DNA of 32,000 nucleotides from Shewanellaceae bacterium UBA2521 (GCA_002341165.1 DDNL01000090.1:1-32000); one strand, 5' to 3'. Shown: positions 19,771 to 30,084, counted from the first letter of the stretch. The notes: a model not told the origin generated them from the letters alone. Program-made: numbers and translations.

Positions 19771-20559
19771 CTATTTTGATTTCGACAACACAGACTGTTC
19801 ACCGAACATATGTTTTGGATTGGGATAGTGGTAAACAAAATCTTTTGGCATATATTTAGAAGTCACTTTTTTGTTTGTAGTAGGTATCCATTGAATGCGC
19901 TTTGCATCATCTGGTGCAATACCTTGATAAATTTCCTGCGTTGTTGGATGCATAGGTGCAACCAAGTTATAAACATTGTGATTTAAATTTGAGTCTTGAA
20001 TAAGTCTGAGTAGAAATTGGATTACATCATCACGGTGAATATAATTAACAGGACGATCATGTACTGTATCTTTTTTTGAGAAGTAGGTAGTTAAAGTACG
20101 ATCATATCCCATTAATCCACCAAGGCGCACCATACAAAAAGTATTAGACTGTGAACGTACTTGCTGCTCAACTTGGCAAATAGAACTCTCATCAACCGCT
20201 TTCAATGGCGAGTCTTCGTCGACCTCATCTTGATTTTGAGCGTAAACAGAAATAGAGCTTAATAAAATAACACGCGTTGTGGAGTGTAAACTTGCTAGAG
20301 CTTGAGTCACCGTATCTTGGTAAACTTGAGGTTGACGAGAAGGAGGCACGGTAATGATCAATTGATCACAGTCAAAAAAACGCTTGTCCCAAAGTTGTTG
20401 AGTGATATCGATCAAAAAAGATTCAATGTGATGCGCTTGCATGTCATCTATTTTTGCAAGCGTTGTTGTGGAACCTTTTACCTCAAAGCCAAGTTGCTTT
20501 AATTTTTTTGCCAAAGGCATACCTGTCCAGCCACAACCTAAAATACTTATTTTTTGCAT
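19771..20559 (-). CDS. NAD(P)-binding Rossmann-fold protein (atypical SDR/epimerase-like)
   Basis: 262 aa with the N-terminal dinucleotide motif KISILGCGWTGMPLAKKL. The overall length and pattern fit the extended or atypical SDR family. Confidence 0.6.
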   Translation of the reverse strand: MQKISILGCGWTGMPLAKKLKQLGFEVKGSTTTLAKIDDMQAHHIESFLIDITQQLWDKRFFDCDQLIITVPPSRQPQVYQDTVTQALASLHSTTRVILLSSISVYAQNQDEVDEDSPLKAVDESSICQVEQQVRSQSNTFCMVRLGGLMGYDRTLTTYFSKKDTVHDRPVNYIHRDDVIQFLLRLIQDSNLNHNVYNLVAPMHPTTQEIYQGIAPDDAKRIQWIPTTNKKVTSKYMPKDFVYHYPNPKHMFGEQSVLSKSK

Positions 20560-20656
20560 GCGTTTTTATCCAATTTTTGCTGTAAAAATTATGTGTCTTG
20601 TTTTGATTTCAAAAAATATTCTGGAGCTTAGTCTACACAAATTCAGTCATCAAAAA

Positions 20657-20669
20657 TTTTTTTTTTTTT
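20657..20669. repeat. T13 homopolymer tract (preceded by A5)
   Basis: 13 consecutive T at 20657-20669. It lies 44 bp downstream of the SDR gene stop and about 100 bp upstream of the start of the 19771-20559 gene. It is the longest homopolymer in the window. Confidence 0.9.
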
Positions 20670-20712
20670 GAGACAACATAGAAACCGTACCAACATCGTG
20701 CTGATGGATATC

Positions 20713-21450
20713 TTAAGTTGAAATAAAATACGATACTAACTTATGTTGCCAAGGATAAGGTAGCAGAGCAATCAAGCGCAAGAACCCTGTAAACAAAAAA
20801 GGAAAATAAATATCACGTTTTTTCTTCGCAAGTCCTCGGCGAATTTTTCTCGAAGCAAAGTCGCAATCAACACGCATCGGCATAGGAAATGTATTACGAT
20901 CCGTTAAAGGTGTTTGCACAAATCCTGGAAAAATAAGACTCACATAAAGACCTTTACGCTCTAAAGGTATTCTAATACAGTGGCCTAAATAGGTCACTGC
21001 AGCTTTTGATGCACCATAAACTTCTGCTCGAGGCAGAGCAACTTCACCTGCAATCGAGGTCACAATAGCAACATGCTGTCCTGCCTTAAAGTGAACTTGG
21101 CTCGCTGCAATACAATGTGCTAAACCGTATAAGTTAATCTTCATGACCCGATCAAACAAGGCTACATCCATCACACCTTCTTCGATGTATTCACAATCAC
21201 CTGCATTAAAAATCCACAAATCAGGTATCACTTTGAGTTGTCCAATGGCATCGCGTGTCTGAGACTCTCGCGTGATATCAAACTTTAAACAGGTTATTTC
21301 AGGTGCATCTTCTTTAAGCTGAGCGAGCTTTTCTTGATTACGCCCGCAAGCAATCACATGCCAACCGGCTTTATCATAATCTAACGCAAGTTGTTTACCT
21401 ATACCCGATGTGGCACCCGTAATGAGAACTTTTTGTTGTGTCATAAGCAC
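20713..21450 (-). CDS. Short-chain dehydrogenase/reductase (classical SDR)
   Basis: 245 aa with the cofactor motif VLITGATSGIGKQLA, the catalytic YGASKAAV, and a hydrophobic C-terminal tail. Confidence 0.8.
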   Translation of the reverse strand: MLMTQQKVLITGATSGIGKQLALDYDKAGWHVIACGRNQEKLAQLKEDAPEITCLKFDITRESQTRDAIGQLKVIPDLWIFNAGDCEYIEEGVMDVALFDRVMKINLYGLAHCIAASQVHFKAGQHVAIVTSIAGEVALPRAEVYGASKAAVTYLGHCIRIPLERKGLYVSLIFPGFVQTPLTDRNTFPMPMRVDCDFASRKIRRGLAKKKRDIYFPFLFTGFLRLIALLPYPWQHKLVSYFIST

Positions 21451-21584
21451 TCCTTGCTTACTATTTGAAAACAGCGCATGCGCTGGATGCGTCTTATAGA
21501 CGGACTCAATTGATATAAGTTTAGTTTTAAAAACTAAAGTCTTAAAATCGAGTTGCTTATCATTAAAACCATTAGGGACAGACT

Positions 21585-22088
21585 ATGCCACATCACGCAG
21601 CAAATCAATCTCTCTTTGAGGAAGTACATCATTTTATTCATCGATATAAGACATTGCATTTATCAACTATCGATGCAGATCAGCAACCTTGCGCATCCTA
21701 CGCACCTTTTGCGCTGGGTGATAACTGTTTATACATTCTTATAAGTGAACTTGCACAACATACACGCAATTTATTACAACAACAACAAGCTTCCATACTG
21801 ATTATTGAAGATGAGCAAGATGCTGTTGAAATCTTTGCACGTACTCGATTGCATTACTCTATTAAGGCGCAACACATACAAAGAGAAAACCCAACCTGGC
21901 ACGAAGCTGTAGCTCAATTAGAAGCGCGTCATGGCGAACGCATTCCGCAACTTTTCAGCTTATCGGATTTTCATTTGTTTCAACTTAAACCCGATCAAGG
22001 ACAATTTGTAAAAGGGTTTGCTCAAGCGTTTCAACTTGAAACTGGGCAGCTGATCAGTGCCGAGTTTAAACACCTGAAGACTTCGTGA
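21585..22088 (+). CDS. hutZ: HutZ/HugZ-family heme-binding/degrading protein (PNPOx-like split barrel)
   Basis: 167 aa. It aligns along its length with Vibrio cholerae HutZ as remembered: TLHLSTIDADQQPCASYAPF vs TLQLATVDAQGRPNVSYAPF; ILIIEDEQDAVEIFARTRLHY vs IMMIEDETEAKQLFARKRLTF; LSDFHLFQLKPDQGQFVKGFAQAFQL vs LQDFMLFRLQPEQGLFVKGFGQAYQV. Confidence 0.7.
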   Translation: MPHHAANQSLFEEVHHFIHRYKTLHLSTIDADQQPCASYAPFALGDNCLYILISELAQHTRNLLQQQQASILIIEDEQDAVEIFARTRLHYSIKAQHIQRENPTWHEAVAQLEARHGERIPQLFSLSDFHLFQLKPDQGQFVKGFAQAFQLETGQLISAEFKHLKTS

Positions 22089-22386
22089 TAGGGGATCGAA
22101 TGTGACCTTGTGCATAATCAGCAACCAAGCGTTCTTTTTGAGCTTTACTGTAACGCTTTAAAATAGACTCAAAACGACACACCTCGCTGCGACTGGATCC
22201 AAAATAAACATATACAAGCTCAACAGGCAACCGTGCACGTGTATATTTGGCACCTTGTCCCTGATTATGCACCATCACACGTTTTAGATGATCATGACTC
22301 ATACCTGTGTAGAGTGAATGATCTGCACAGCGCACCATATAAACACACCAAGCACGTGACTCTTTCACACTAAAAAACCGATGCAC
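22066..22386 (-). CDS. GIY-YIG nuclease-superfamily protein (YhbQ-like)
   Basis: 106 aa with [48 protein letters not shown], the GIY-YIG core pattern. The start overlaps the trkA stop by 17 bp, and the 3' end overlaps the hutZ 3' end by 23 bp. Confidence 0.75.
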   Translation of the reverse strand: MHRFFSVKESRAWCVYMVRCADHSLYTGMSHDHLKRVMVHNQGQGAKYTRARLPVELVYVYFGSSRSEVCRFESILKRYSKAQKERLVADYAQGHIRSPITKSSGV

Positions 22387-23776
22387 TCAGTTGAAATAAC
22401 TTTTCAACCTCAGTAATAAATTTCTTATCAACTAAAAAAATAACCACATGATCATCTGTTTCAATCACAGTTTTGTCGTGTGCAATCAAAACTTCATCAT
22501 CACGAATCACAGCGCCTATCGTGACTCCAGGAGGCAATTTAATCTGGTCAATTTGGCGACCTACAACTTTTGAACTTTCTGCATTACCTCTGGCAATAAT
22601 TTCTATCGCTTCTGCAGCACCACGACGTAGAGAATAAACATTACAAATATCTCCTTGTCGCACATGAGTCAAAATAGCAGAGATAGTTGCTTGTTGCGGT
22701 GAAATAGCTACATCAATTTTGGCATCTTGAATTAAATCGGTATAAGCTTCCCGCTGAATAAGTACCATAACTTTTTTAGCGCCTAAACGCTTAGCAAGTA
22801 AAGCCGACATGATATTCGCTTCATCAGCATTGGTCACCGCAATAAAAATATCCACTTGATCAATGTGCTCTTCCACCAGCAAACCGTGATCTGACGCATC
22901 ACCGCAAAAAACTGTGGTATTATCCAGACGCTCAGAAATTGCTTCAGCGCGCAATCTGTCTCGTTCAATGAGTTTAACCGTGTGTGTATTTTCTAACTTG
23001 TCTGCCAAGCCAAAACCAATGTTACCTCCGCCAGCAATCATGATATTTTTATATTGATCATCTTGCCTTTGTACTTCTGCAATGACCTCTCGAATATGAC
23101 GAGAATCAGCAATGAAAAAGACTTCATCGTCAGCTTCAATCATGGTCGTACCACGAGGCATAATAGGACGGCCTTGCCTGAAAATTGCTGCAACACGTGT
23201 ATCGATATGTGGCATATGTTCTCGCAAAGAAGAAAGCGCACTCCCGACCAAAGGGCCACCATAATAGGCACGCACAGCAATCAAGCTCACATGACTTTGT
23301 CCAAATTCAAGAACTTGCAGCGCACCTGGATAGGTAATTAAACGTGCAATATAGTTGGTAACCAACTGCTCAGGAGCAATAAGCTCGTCAATGGCGTAAG
23401 CATAATCTGTGGTTTTCTCTTCGGTGTTTCTAGTCGAAACAAAGAGTTCATCCATATAACGTAGATAGTCTTCCGAACGAATACGAGCAATTTTCTTAGG
23501 CACTCTAAAAAGGGAATAAGCAGTATGACAAGCCGTAATGTTCACCTCATCATTTGTAGTAATCGCAATAATTAAATCTGCTTCACTCGCACCCGCACTA
23601 TCGAGCACATGTGGATGCGAGGCATGACCTTGAACAACACGCAAATCATATTTATCTTGCAAGGCCATAAGTTTCGAACCGTCATTATCGACAACAGTGA
23701 TATCATTATCTTCGCTTACAAGATTAGAGGCGAGCGTAGCTCCTACTTGCCCCGCACCTAAAATAATTATTTTCAT
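22370..23776 (-). CDS. trkA: Trk potassium uptake system NAD-binding protein TrkA
   Basis: 468 aa with two Rossmann motifs ([16 protein letters not shown] and [14 protein letters not shown]) and two RCK_C-like segments. It sits in the conserved def-fmt-rsmB-trkA order. Confidence 0.95.
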   Translation of the reverse strand: MKIIILGAGQVGATLASNLVSEDNDITVVDNDGSKLMALQDKYDLRVVQGHASHPHVLDSAGASEADLIIAITTNDEVNITACHTAYSLFRVPKKIARIRSEDYLRYMDELFVSTRNTEEKTTDYAYAIDELIAPEQLVTNYIARLITYPGALQVLEFGQSHVSLIAVRAYYGGPLVGSALSSLREHMPHIDTRVAAIFRQGRPIMPRGTTMIEADDEVFFIADSRHIREVIAEVQRQDDQYKNIMIAGGGNIGFGLADKLENTHTVKLIERDRLRAEAISERLDNTTVFCGDASDHGLLVEEHIDQVDIFIAVTNADEANIMSALLAKRLGAKKVMVLIQREAYTDLIQDAKIDVAISPQQATISAILTHVRQGDICNVYSLRRGAAEAIEIIARGNAESSKVVGRQIDQIKLPPGVTIGAVIRDDEVLIAHDKTVIETDDHVVIFLVDKKFITEVEKLFQLSASVF

Positions 23777-23788
23777 GCTGCTCCAGTT

Positions 23789-25075
23789 TTAAACTTTGAA
23801 TAGTTTGGCGTAATAAAATCCATCCATATTGCGCACATCAGGTATGATCTGCCAGCCCACACTTTTTGGGTCAACAGGATCAATGGCTATAAGTTTAGCG
23901 TCAGGGGTTCGAGATAAAAAGTTTTCTATTTGTGTTTTATTCTCTTGCGGGAGCACCGAGCATGTTGCATACAACAAGGTACCTCCTTTTTTCAAGTGCA
24001 ACCAACATGCATCTAAAATATCAGCCTGCAACATGACTAAATTTTCAATATCTTCAGCTTGACGCAACCATTTTATATCTGGATGACGTCGAATCACACC
24101 TGTTGCAGAACAAGGTGCATCTAATAAAATACGGTCAAACAAAGAGCCATCATGCCATGCTGAAAAATCAGAAGCATCACCTTCAACCAACTGCGCATGC
24201 AAATTTAACCTTTGTAGGTTTTCTTGAACACGCTCTAGTCTATCTGCATGTTTATCTAAAGCTATTACTTTTGTAAGTTGAGGCTGCTTTTCAAGTAAGT
24301 GACAGGTTTTACCTCCAGGTGCGGCGCACGCATCGAGAATAACGTCGTTCGGCTGAGGATCTAACAAATGAGCTGCCCATTGTGCAGCACCATCTTGAAC
24401 CGATACAGCACCTTGCTGAAATTGAGGTAGTTGAGAAACAGACACTGGATGTGCCAACAAAATAGAATCCGCACTTTCTCCTACAGTCGCTTCAATATCA
24501 ACTTGCTTGAGCTGTTCCAGATAATCAAGTCTTGACTGATATTGTGTGTTATTGCGTAACCACATCGGCGGCTGTTGGTTATTGTGTTCTAGAATCGATG
24601 CACCATCTTGCGGATACGCCTGCTTGATTTTTTCAATAAGCCACTTTGGATGACAAAATTTCAAAGTTGGCGAATCAACAGATAAATCAGGACGTTGACG
24701 TTCTAAATTTCGAAGTACACCATTGACTAACTTGGTGAGTCTATGATGTTTTAACTGCTTACACGCTTCAACAGTTTCGGATAGGGCTGCATGTGGAGCA
24801 ACACGCATAAAGTACAGTTGATACACACCAACCAACAAAATATGATGCACAACACGCTGCTTACCTTTTAAAGGTTGCTGCATGTAATCGCGAATCAATT
24901 TATCCAGTTGAGGTAAATAACGAAGCAAACCATAACAAAGCTGCGCCAAAAAAGCTTGATCCTGAGTCGATAGTTTTTTTTGAGCAGTCGGCAAACAAGT
25001 TGAAAGCGACTGACCTTGGTCAACCACTTGATAAGAAATCTGTGCAGCTAAAGCACGTACATTAAGCTGTTTCAT
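23789..25075 (-). CDS. rsmB: 16S rRNA (cytosine967-C5)-methyltransferase RsmB/Sun
   Basis: 428 aa with an N-terminal NusB-like domain, the SAM motif [11 protein letters not shown] and catalytic Cys motifs ([13 protein letters not shown]). Confidence 0.95.
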   Translation of the reverse strand: MKQLNVRALAAQISYQVVDQGQSLSTCLPTAQKKLSTQDQAFLAQLCYGLLRYLPQLDKLIRDYMQQPLKGKQRVVHHILLVGVYQLYFMRVAPHAALSETVEACKQLKHHRLTKLVNGVLRNLERQRPDLSVDSPTLKFCHPKWLIEKIKQAYPQDGASILEHNNQQPPMWLRNNTQYQSRLDYLEQLKQVDIEATVGESADSILLAHPVSVSQLPQFQQGAVSVQDGAAQWAAHLLDPQPNDVILDACAAPGGKTCHLLEKQPQLTKVIALDKHADRLERVQENLQRLNLHAQLVEGDASDFSAWHDGSLFDRILLDAPCSATGVIRRHPDIKWLRQAEDIENLVMLQADILDACWLHLKKGGTLLYATCSVLPQENKTQIENFLSRTPDAKLIAIDPVDPKSVGWQIIPDVRNMDGFYYAKLFKV

Positions 25076-26022
25076 AATGCGCCTATGTTTTGCTCTGCTA
25101 CAAACAGATCTTGATAAGCATTGATGACATCTTGCACAGGCTGAAACTTTTTATTAGGCAACTGAATCACCTCAAGTCGCAACACCCCTTCTCCTGTAAC
25201 CACATCAATACCTTGTTTGGTCACATTTAATATTGTACCTGCAGGCAATGCACCAGAGTAAGGCCATATCGATACCTGACGCACTTTAATGACTTGATCT
25301 TGATGCTTAAAATAACTCATAGGCCAAGGATTAAATGCTCGTACTTCTCGATCCAGCTGTACCGCCGTTTTATTCCAATCGATTAAAGCTTCGGCTTTGC
25401 TTAATTTTTCAGCATACGTCGCATACGCGTCATCTTGTATTTCAGGCTGTAACGTACCTGCTGCAAGATCAGTGAGCGTCTCTAACAAAGCTTGTGGCCC
25501 AAGTTGCGCAAGCTTGTCGTATAAAGTTGCACTGGTATCGCTCGCTTCAATAATACAAGAAGCTTTATGAAGCATAGGCCCTGTATCAAGACCAGCATCC
25601 ATTTGCATAATGGTTACGCCTGTTTCTGTATCGCCAGCCCATAAAGAACGTTGAATTGGCGCCGCACCACGCCATTGAGGCAAAAGAGAACCATGCACAT
25701 TGATGCAGCCTAATGCAGGCATATCTAAAACAGCTTGAGGTAAAATTAAACCGTAAGCCACAACAACCATCACATCTGCCTGATAAGCAGCTAGCTGTGC
25801 TTGGACTGTTTCATCACGCAAAGTCTTAGGCTGTTCAACAGGTAAATCATGCGCTAGAGCTAATTGCTTTACCGGGCTTGGTTGTAGCTTTTTACCTCTT
25901 CCAGCAGGTTTATCTTGTTTGGTATACACAGCAACCACTTCGTGCTCACTGTTTAACATCTCTTTTAGGTGTAACGCTGCAAAATCTGGTGTGCCTGCAA
26001 AAATAATTTTTAATGGTTTCAA
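25072..26022 (-). CDS. fmt: Methionyl-tRNA formyltransferase
   Basis: 316 aa with [10 protein letters not shown] and [15 protein letters not shown] motifs. It overlaps the rsmB start by 4 bp. Confidence 0.95.
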   Translation of the reverse strand: MKPLKIIFAGTPDFAALHLKEMLNSEHEVVAVYTKQDKPAGRGKKLQPSPVKQLALAHDLPVEQPKTLRDETVQAQLAAYQADVMVVVAYGLILPQAVLDMPALGCINVHGSLLPQWRGAAPIQRSLWAGDTETGVTIMQMDAGLDTGPMLHKASCIIEASDTSATLYDKLAQLGPQALLETLTDLAAGTLQPEIQDDAYATYAEKLSKAEALIDWNKTAVQLDREVRAFNPWPMSYFKHQDQVIKVRQVSIWPYSGALPAGTILNVTKQGIDVVTGEGVLRLEVIQLPNKKFQPVQDVINAYQDLFVAEQNIGAL

Positions 26023-26038
26023 ACTTTTATCCTAAGGT

Positions 26039-26554
26039 TTACGACTCTTTCTTTTTTTGCTGACGTGCTTGCTTCTCTAATTTTTCACGAATACGCTGAC
26101 GCTTCAACGACGAAAGATAGTCCACAAATAAAACACCTTTTAGATGATCCATTTCATGCTGAATACAAATCGAAAGTAGTTGATCCGCATCGTACTCAAA
26201 TTCTTGGCCATGCTCATCAAAAGCTTTAATGCGTACACGTTCTGAACGCTCTACTTCAGCATACACACCTGGTACAGATAAGCAGCCTTCTTCATTGGTA
26301 AAGGTGCCAGCAATGGAGGTTAGTTCAGGATTAATAAATACTCTTTTTTCACTTTTTTTCTCGGATAAATCCATCACAATGACACGCTGATGCACATTTA
26401 CTTGTGTTGCAGCTAAACCAATACCATTTTCGGCATACATGGTTTCAAACATATCTTCCACAAGTTGCTTTAATTGCGCATCAAAGACTTTAACAGGCTC
26501 TGCAACTGTACGTAGACGCTCATCAGGAAAAGTTAAAACTTCTAATTTTGCCAT
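26039..26554 (-). CDS. def: Peptide deformylase
   Basis: 171 aa with the three conserved motifs [14 protein letters not shown] and HEMDH. Confidence 0.95.
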   Translation of the reverse strand: MAKLEVLTFPDERLRTVAEPVKVFDAQLKQLVEDMFETMYAENGIGLAATQVNVHQRVIVMDLSEKKSEKRVFINPELTSIAGTFTNEEGCLSVPGVYAEVERSERVRIKAFDEHGQEFEYDADQLLSICIQHEMDHLKGVLFVDYLSSLKRQRIREKLEKQARQQKKKES

Positions 26555-26683
26555 AATTATCCTTCGACATTACTTACTTAATTCGTAAAGCATATTTTAA
26601 TGCTTCTATCAGATAAATCCTAGTAATTTGTGATAGGCTGGCCACTTTATTCATACTCTCTTCGTTACGGATAACGATTTTAT

Positions 26684-27745
26684 ATGAAACAGCGTACAGT
26701 AGCTTGGCTTACTTTAGCTTCAGCACCTCACCTCAGCACACGTAAAGCACACGAGATATTACAAAAGTTTACACTCGAAGAGGTAGCTCAAGCCTTACAT
26801 GAAAGACCTCATAAGATTGGGCTCAAAGCAGCGCCCGAGGCATGGCAACATCTAATTGATCAAGCTTTACTTTGGTATGAGCAAGCAGATGATCATTTTA
26901 TTTTGACTCCAGATGACAGTGCTTACCCTGCTTTACTCAAGCAAATTCCTGATGCGCCTTGTGTTTTGTTTGTACAAGGTCAAATCAACACACTACAAAA
27001 ATCTATGTTTGCTGTAGTAGGAAGCAGACAATGCACACCTGCGGGACGACAAAACGCCTATCAATTCTCATTGCAACTTGCTCAACAGGGATTGGTGATT
27101 ACCAGTGGGCTCGCTCTAGGTATTGATACACAAGCGCACCTAGGTGCTGTAGAACATGATTACCCAACTATTGCTGTTTTAGGCACAGGGCTCAATCAAA
27201 TATATCCTAAAAGAAATAAAGAGTTAGCTTATAAAATAAGAGAAAAAGGCTGTTTAGTCTCAGAATTTTTCCCAGATACAGTACCTTTTGCCTATAATTT
27301 CCCTAAGAGAAATAGAATTATCAGCGGCATGAGTCGAGGCACTTTAGTCGTAGAAGCAGCAATAAAAAGTGGCTCCTTGATCACAGCACGCTTGGCTTTA
27401 GAGCAAAATAGAGAAGTCTTCGCTATACCTGGATCGATTCTTAATCCTTATAGCGAAGGATGTCACCAATTGATTCAACAAGGTGCACAACTCGTTTATC
27501 ACGTCCATGATATTTATAATGAGCTAAACTTAAAAATAGACGTGGTACAAAAGTCATCATCAGAAGAAAGGCAAACTGAACCTGAGTTATTAAGCTATAT
27601 AGGATATGAGATCACACCGATCGATTATATTGTAGAAGAAAGCGGCTTATTGCTTGAGCAGTTACTAGAACCTCTACTCAATTTGGAATTAGAAGGTTGG
27701 ATAGTTTCGGTCTCAGGAGGATATACCCGCATCAGGAGGAGCTAG
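26684..27745 (+). CDS. dprA: DNA-processing protein DprA/Smf
   Basis: 353 aa with a Rossmann-like core (VVGSRQCTPAGRQNAYQFSLQLAQQGLVITSGLALGIDTQAH, FPKRNRIISG). It is divergent from def, as in E. coli. Confidence 0.9.
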   Translation: MKQRTVAWLTLASAPHLSTRKAHEILQKFTLEEVAQALHERPHKIGLKAAPEAWQHLIDQALLWYEQADDHFILTPDDSAYPALLKQIPDAPCVLFVQGQINTLQKSMFAVVGSRQCTPAGRQNAYQFSLQLAQQGLVITSGLALGIDTQAHLGAVEHDYPTIAVLGTGLNQIYPKRNKELAYKIREKGCLVSEFFPDTVPFAYNFPKRNRIISGMSRGTLVVEAAIKSGSLITARLALEQNREVFAIPGSILNPYSEGCHQLIQQGAQLVYHVHDIYNELNLKIDVVQKSSSEERQTEPELLSYIGYEITPIDYIVEESGLLLEQLLEPLLNLELEGWIVSVSGGYTRIRRS

Positions 27746-27747
27746 TC

Positions 27748-28218
27748 ATGTTTGATATATTAATGTATCTCTTTGAAAACTTCGTTCACAATGATGTTGA
27801 GCTCCTTATCGATCATGATGAGCTCACTGATGAACTAGTCCGTGCTGGATTTCATCATGCAGACATTATCAAGGCTATTTCATGGTTAGAGAAATTAGTA
27901 GCTCTGCAAGAAAGCGACGCCTCACATATTTTAAACACATCTCCTCATGCTACCCGTGTCTACATCGAGGCTGAAAAAGAGAAAATAGACACCGAAAGTC
28001 GAGGCTTACTCTCTTTTCTTGAACAAGCATCCATTTTAACACCCGAAACAAGAGAGCTGGTTATCGACAGATTAATGGAGCTTGATCATACTTATCTCTG
28101 TGTTGAAGACACAAAGTGGATTGTTCTCATGGTACTTTTCAATGTGCCCGATGGTGAAAACGCTTACGCTCATATGGAAGATCTTTTGTTTGAATTACCC
28201 GATAGTCGCATCCATTAA
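27748..28218 (+). CDS. smg: Smg protein (DUF494)
   Basis: 156 aa starting MFDILMYLFENFVHN (E. coli Smg starts MFDVLMYLFETYIH). AGGAGGA lies 7 nt upstream. I prefer the ATG at 27748 over the TTG start at 27697 given in the ORF track. Confidence 0.9.
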   Translation: MFDILMYLFENFVHNDVELLIDHDELTDELVRAGFHHADIIKAISWLEKLVALQESDASHILNTSPHATRVYIEAEKEKIDTESRGLLSFLEQASILTPETRELVIDRLMELDHTYLCVEDTKWIVLMVLFNVPDGENAYAHMEDLLFELPDSRIH

Positions 28219-28258
28219 TTCAAACATATCTATTCGCATAGCCAATCATGCTTTCTAT

Positions 28259-28588
28259 TTAAGCTTGATTGGCTTTTTTAAATAACTTGTCGTCTTGCAT
28301 CATCCATTCAATAGCTGCCTGAATGTCCTGTGCTGAACAATCGAAGCAGCGACCTTGAGGTGGCATGGCTTTAAAGCCTTTTTGCACATGCTCAATGAAT
28401 ACAGGCATCGATTTTTTCTCTAAACGTTTGCGCCAACTTATCCTATCACCTTTTTTAGGTGCTCCATTGACACCTGCTGCATGACAGGTATGACAGGCTT
28501 TTTCGTAGACCTCAACGCCTTGTTGTGCTGCCGCCATAAAACTCATCATACCAAGTATGGTGCTATATAAGATAAGATGAAAATACAT
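28259..28588 (-). CDS. Monoheme cytochrome c5 (ScyA/CycB-like)
   Basis: 109 aa with a signal peptide, a single CHTCH heme site, AMPPQG (Met ligand region) and the c5-type extra cysteine pair CFDC. It is divergent from ccmA. Confidence 0.8.
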   Translation of the reverse strand: MYFHLILYSTILGMMSFMAAAQQGVEVYEKACHTCHAAGVNGAPKKGDRISWRKRLEKKSMPVFIEHVQKGFKAMPPQGRCFDCSAQDIQAAIEWMMQDDKLFKKANQA

Positions 28589-28598
28589 TCACTGCTTC

Positions 28599-28634
28599 CT
28601 TGTTTAACTTGTTTAACTTGTTTAACTTGTTTCA
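28599..28634. repeat. 9-bp tandem repeat (CTTGTTTAA x3 perfect plus 1 imperfect) in the cytochrome c5 leader
   Basis: Read directly: CTTGTTTAA CTTGTTTAA CTTGTTTAA CTTGTTTCA. On the sense (-) strand this is TGAAACAAG (TTAAACAAG)x3, running straight into GAAGCAGTGA-ATG. The last unit therefore supplies part of the AAGGAAG Shine-Dalgarno sequence. Confidence 0.95.
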
Positions 28635-28715
28635 TTGTATCGAAACATACTCAAGAAAAAAAACAAGAAATAGAATAAGTTTTAAACAAAGCTTCATTTA
28701 GCCCTTGAAAACTCG

Positions 28716-28724
28716 TGTTATAAT
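28716..28724 (+). promoter_or_regulatory. Candidate extended -10 promoter element for ccmA
   Basis: TGTTATAAT (TGn + perfect TATAAT) lies 45 bp upstream of the ccmA ATG. No good -35 hexamer is present. Confidence 0.3.
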
Positions 28725-28768
28725 CAGGTCAAATTACACAATAGCATTATTGGCACGGATGCACATGT

Positions 28769-29386
28769 ATGGCAGCACAAACACTCCTCTCAGGTTGTAA
28801 CTTAACCTGTATCAGACAAGATCGTATCTTGTTTGAACACCTTCATCTTGATGTTCATGAAGGTGACATACTCCAAGTTCAAGGCCGTAACGGTGCAGGA
28901 AAAACCAGTTTATTACGCATCTTAGCTGGACTTTCTCGACCCTATGAGGGTCATGTGCGCTACCCCCAAGCCGATCAAGAAGCTGAACAATCCAATATTT
29001 TGTATATAGGCCACAAGCAAGGCCTTAAATCCGATTTAAGCACACAAGAGAATCTTGATTTTTATCAGAGGTTACACGCTTATCCCGTAACACCTCTTGA
29101 TGCTTTAACCAGATTACAACTTGATGGATTTGAAGATACCTCAACGCATCATTTGTCTGCTGGACAACAAAAACGTAATGCTTTAGCGCGACTCATCCAT
29201 GCCCCTTACAACATTTGGATTGTTGATGAACCCTTTTCAGCATTAGACACGACAGGTATAACGCATTTAGAGCAATTATTTCTACAACATGTATATCAAG
29301 GTGGCTGTTTAATATTCACAACCCACCAACCTTCAAAGGTTCAAAACTATGAGAAATTTAGAGTCCTTGACTTGCACAAGTGTTGA
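28769..29386 (+). CDS. ccmA: Heme exporter ATP-binding protein CcmA
   Basis: 205 aa with Walker A GRNGAGKTSLLR, signature LSAGQQKR and Walker B IWIVDEP. It is the first gene of the ccmABCDE run. Confidence 0.9.
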   Translation: MAAQTLLSGCNLTCIRQDRILFEHLHLDVHEGDILQVQGRNGAGKTSLLRILAGLSRPYEGHVRYPQADQEAEQSNILYIGHKQGLKSDLSTQENLDFYQRLHAYPVTPLDALTRLQLDGFEDTSTHHLSAGQQKRNALARLIHAPYNIWIVDEPFSALDTTGITHLEQLFLQHVYQGGCLIFTTHQPSKVQNYEKFRVLDLHKC

Positions 29387-29435
29387 AACACTGAAAACAC
29401 CGATACAAATCAGTTATCGCTCTGCTTTTTGGGTT

Positions 29436-30083
29436 ATGATGAAAAAAGAGTTTAGACTCACATTACAAAAACCTATGGATACATTAGAGCCTATCTGTTT
29501 CTTTATGCTCGTTGTTTTACTGTTTCCATTGGCCTTAGGCACAGAAGTCGCACTACTTGCACGCATCGCACCAAGTGCCATGTGGATAGCTGCTTTACTT
29601 GCATCACTACTGTCATTGGAAAAACTATTTAAGCAAGATTATCAGGACGGTTCTCTTGAGCAACTTCTTCTCACACCTTACCCTTTAGCTTGGCTACTTT
29701 TTGCAAAAGTTTTGACGCACTGGATGGTTACTACATTACCTTTGATTGTGATTTCACCTATGCTGGCGTATCTGCTGCACTTACCGGCTCAAGCTTATCC
29801 TAATTTGTGTATTACTTTACTTCTAGGTACACCTGTTCTGAATTTCATAGGAGCAATAGGAGCTGCCTTGACCGTCAGTGTGCGCAAAGGAGGTGTTTTG
29901 CTAGGTTTACTGGTTATGCCTTTATATATTCCTGTGCTTATTTTTTCTATTAGCGCAATCGAATCTGTCGGCTTAGGCTTAAATGATACAGGACACATTG
30001 CCATACTGGGAGCAATGCTTATTGCTTGTTTAACTTTTGCACCACTGCTTATAAGTGCATCATTAAAAGTGAGTTTAAATTAA
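29436..30083 (+). CDS. ccmB: Heme exporter membrane protein CcmB
   Basis: About 215 aa and six hydrophobic segments. I prefer the start at the ATGATG at 29436 (MMKKEFRLTLQ, compare E. coli MMFWRIFRLEL) over the ORF-track start at 29349, which overlaps ccmA. Confidence 0.85.
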   Translation: MMKKEFRLTLQKPMDTLEPICFFMLVVLLFPLALGTEVALLARIAPSAMWIAALLASLLSLEKLFKQDYQDGSLEQLLLTPYPLAWLLFAKVLTHWMVTTLPLIVISPMLAYLLHLPAQAYPNLCITLLLGTPVLNFIGAIGAALTVSVRKGGVLLGLLVMPLYIPVLIFSISAIESVGLGLNDTGHIAILGAMLIACLTFAPLLISASLKVSLN

Positions 30084-30084
30084 T

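Noticed and set aside
9652-22386. The accessory block as a genomic island, prophage or defence island
   Set aside because: I found no integrase, transposase, tRNA attachment site, flanking direct repeats, phage genes or known defence-system domains (the GIY-YIG protein is of the small YhbQ housekeeping type).
28599-28634. The short tandem repeat as a CRISPR array
   Set aside because: The units are 9 bp, directly abutting with no spacers, and no cas genes are nearby. It is a simple microsatellite-like VNTR.
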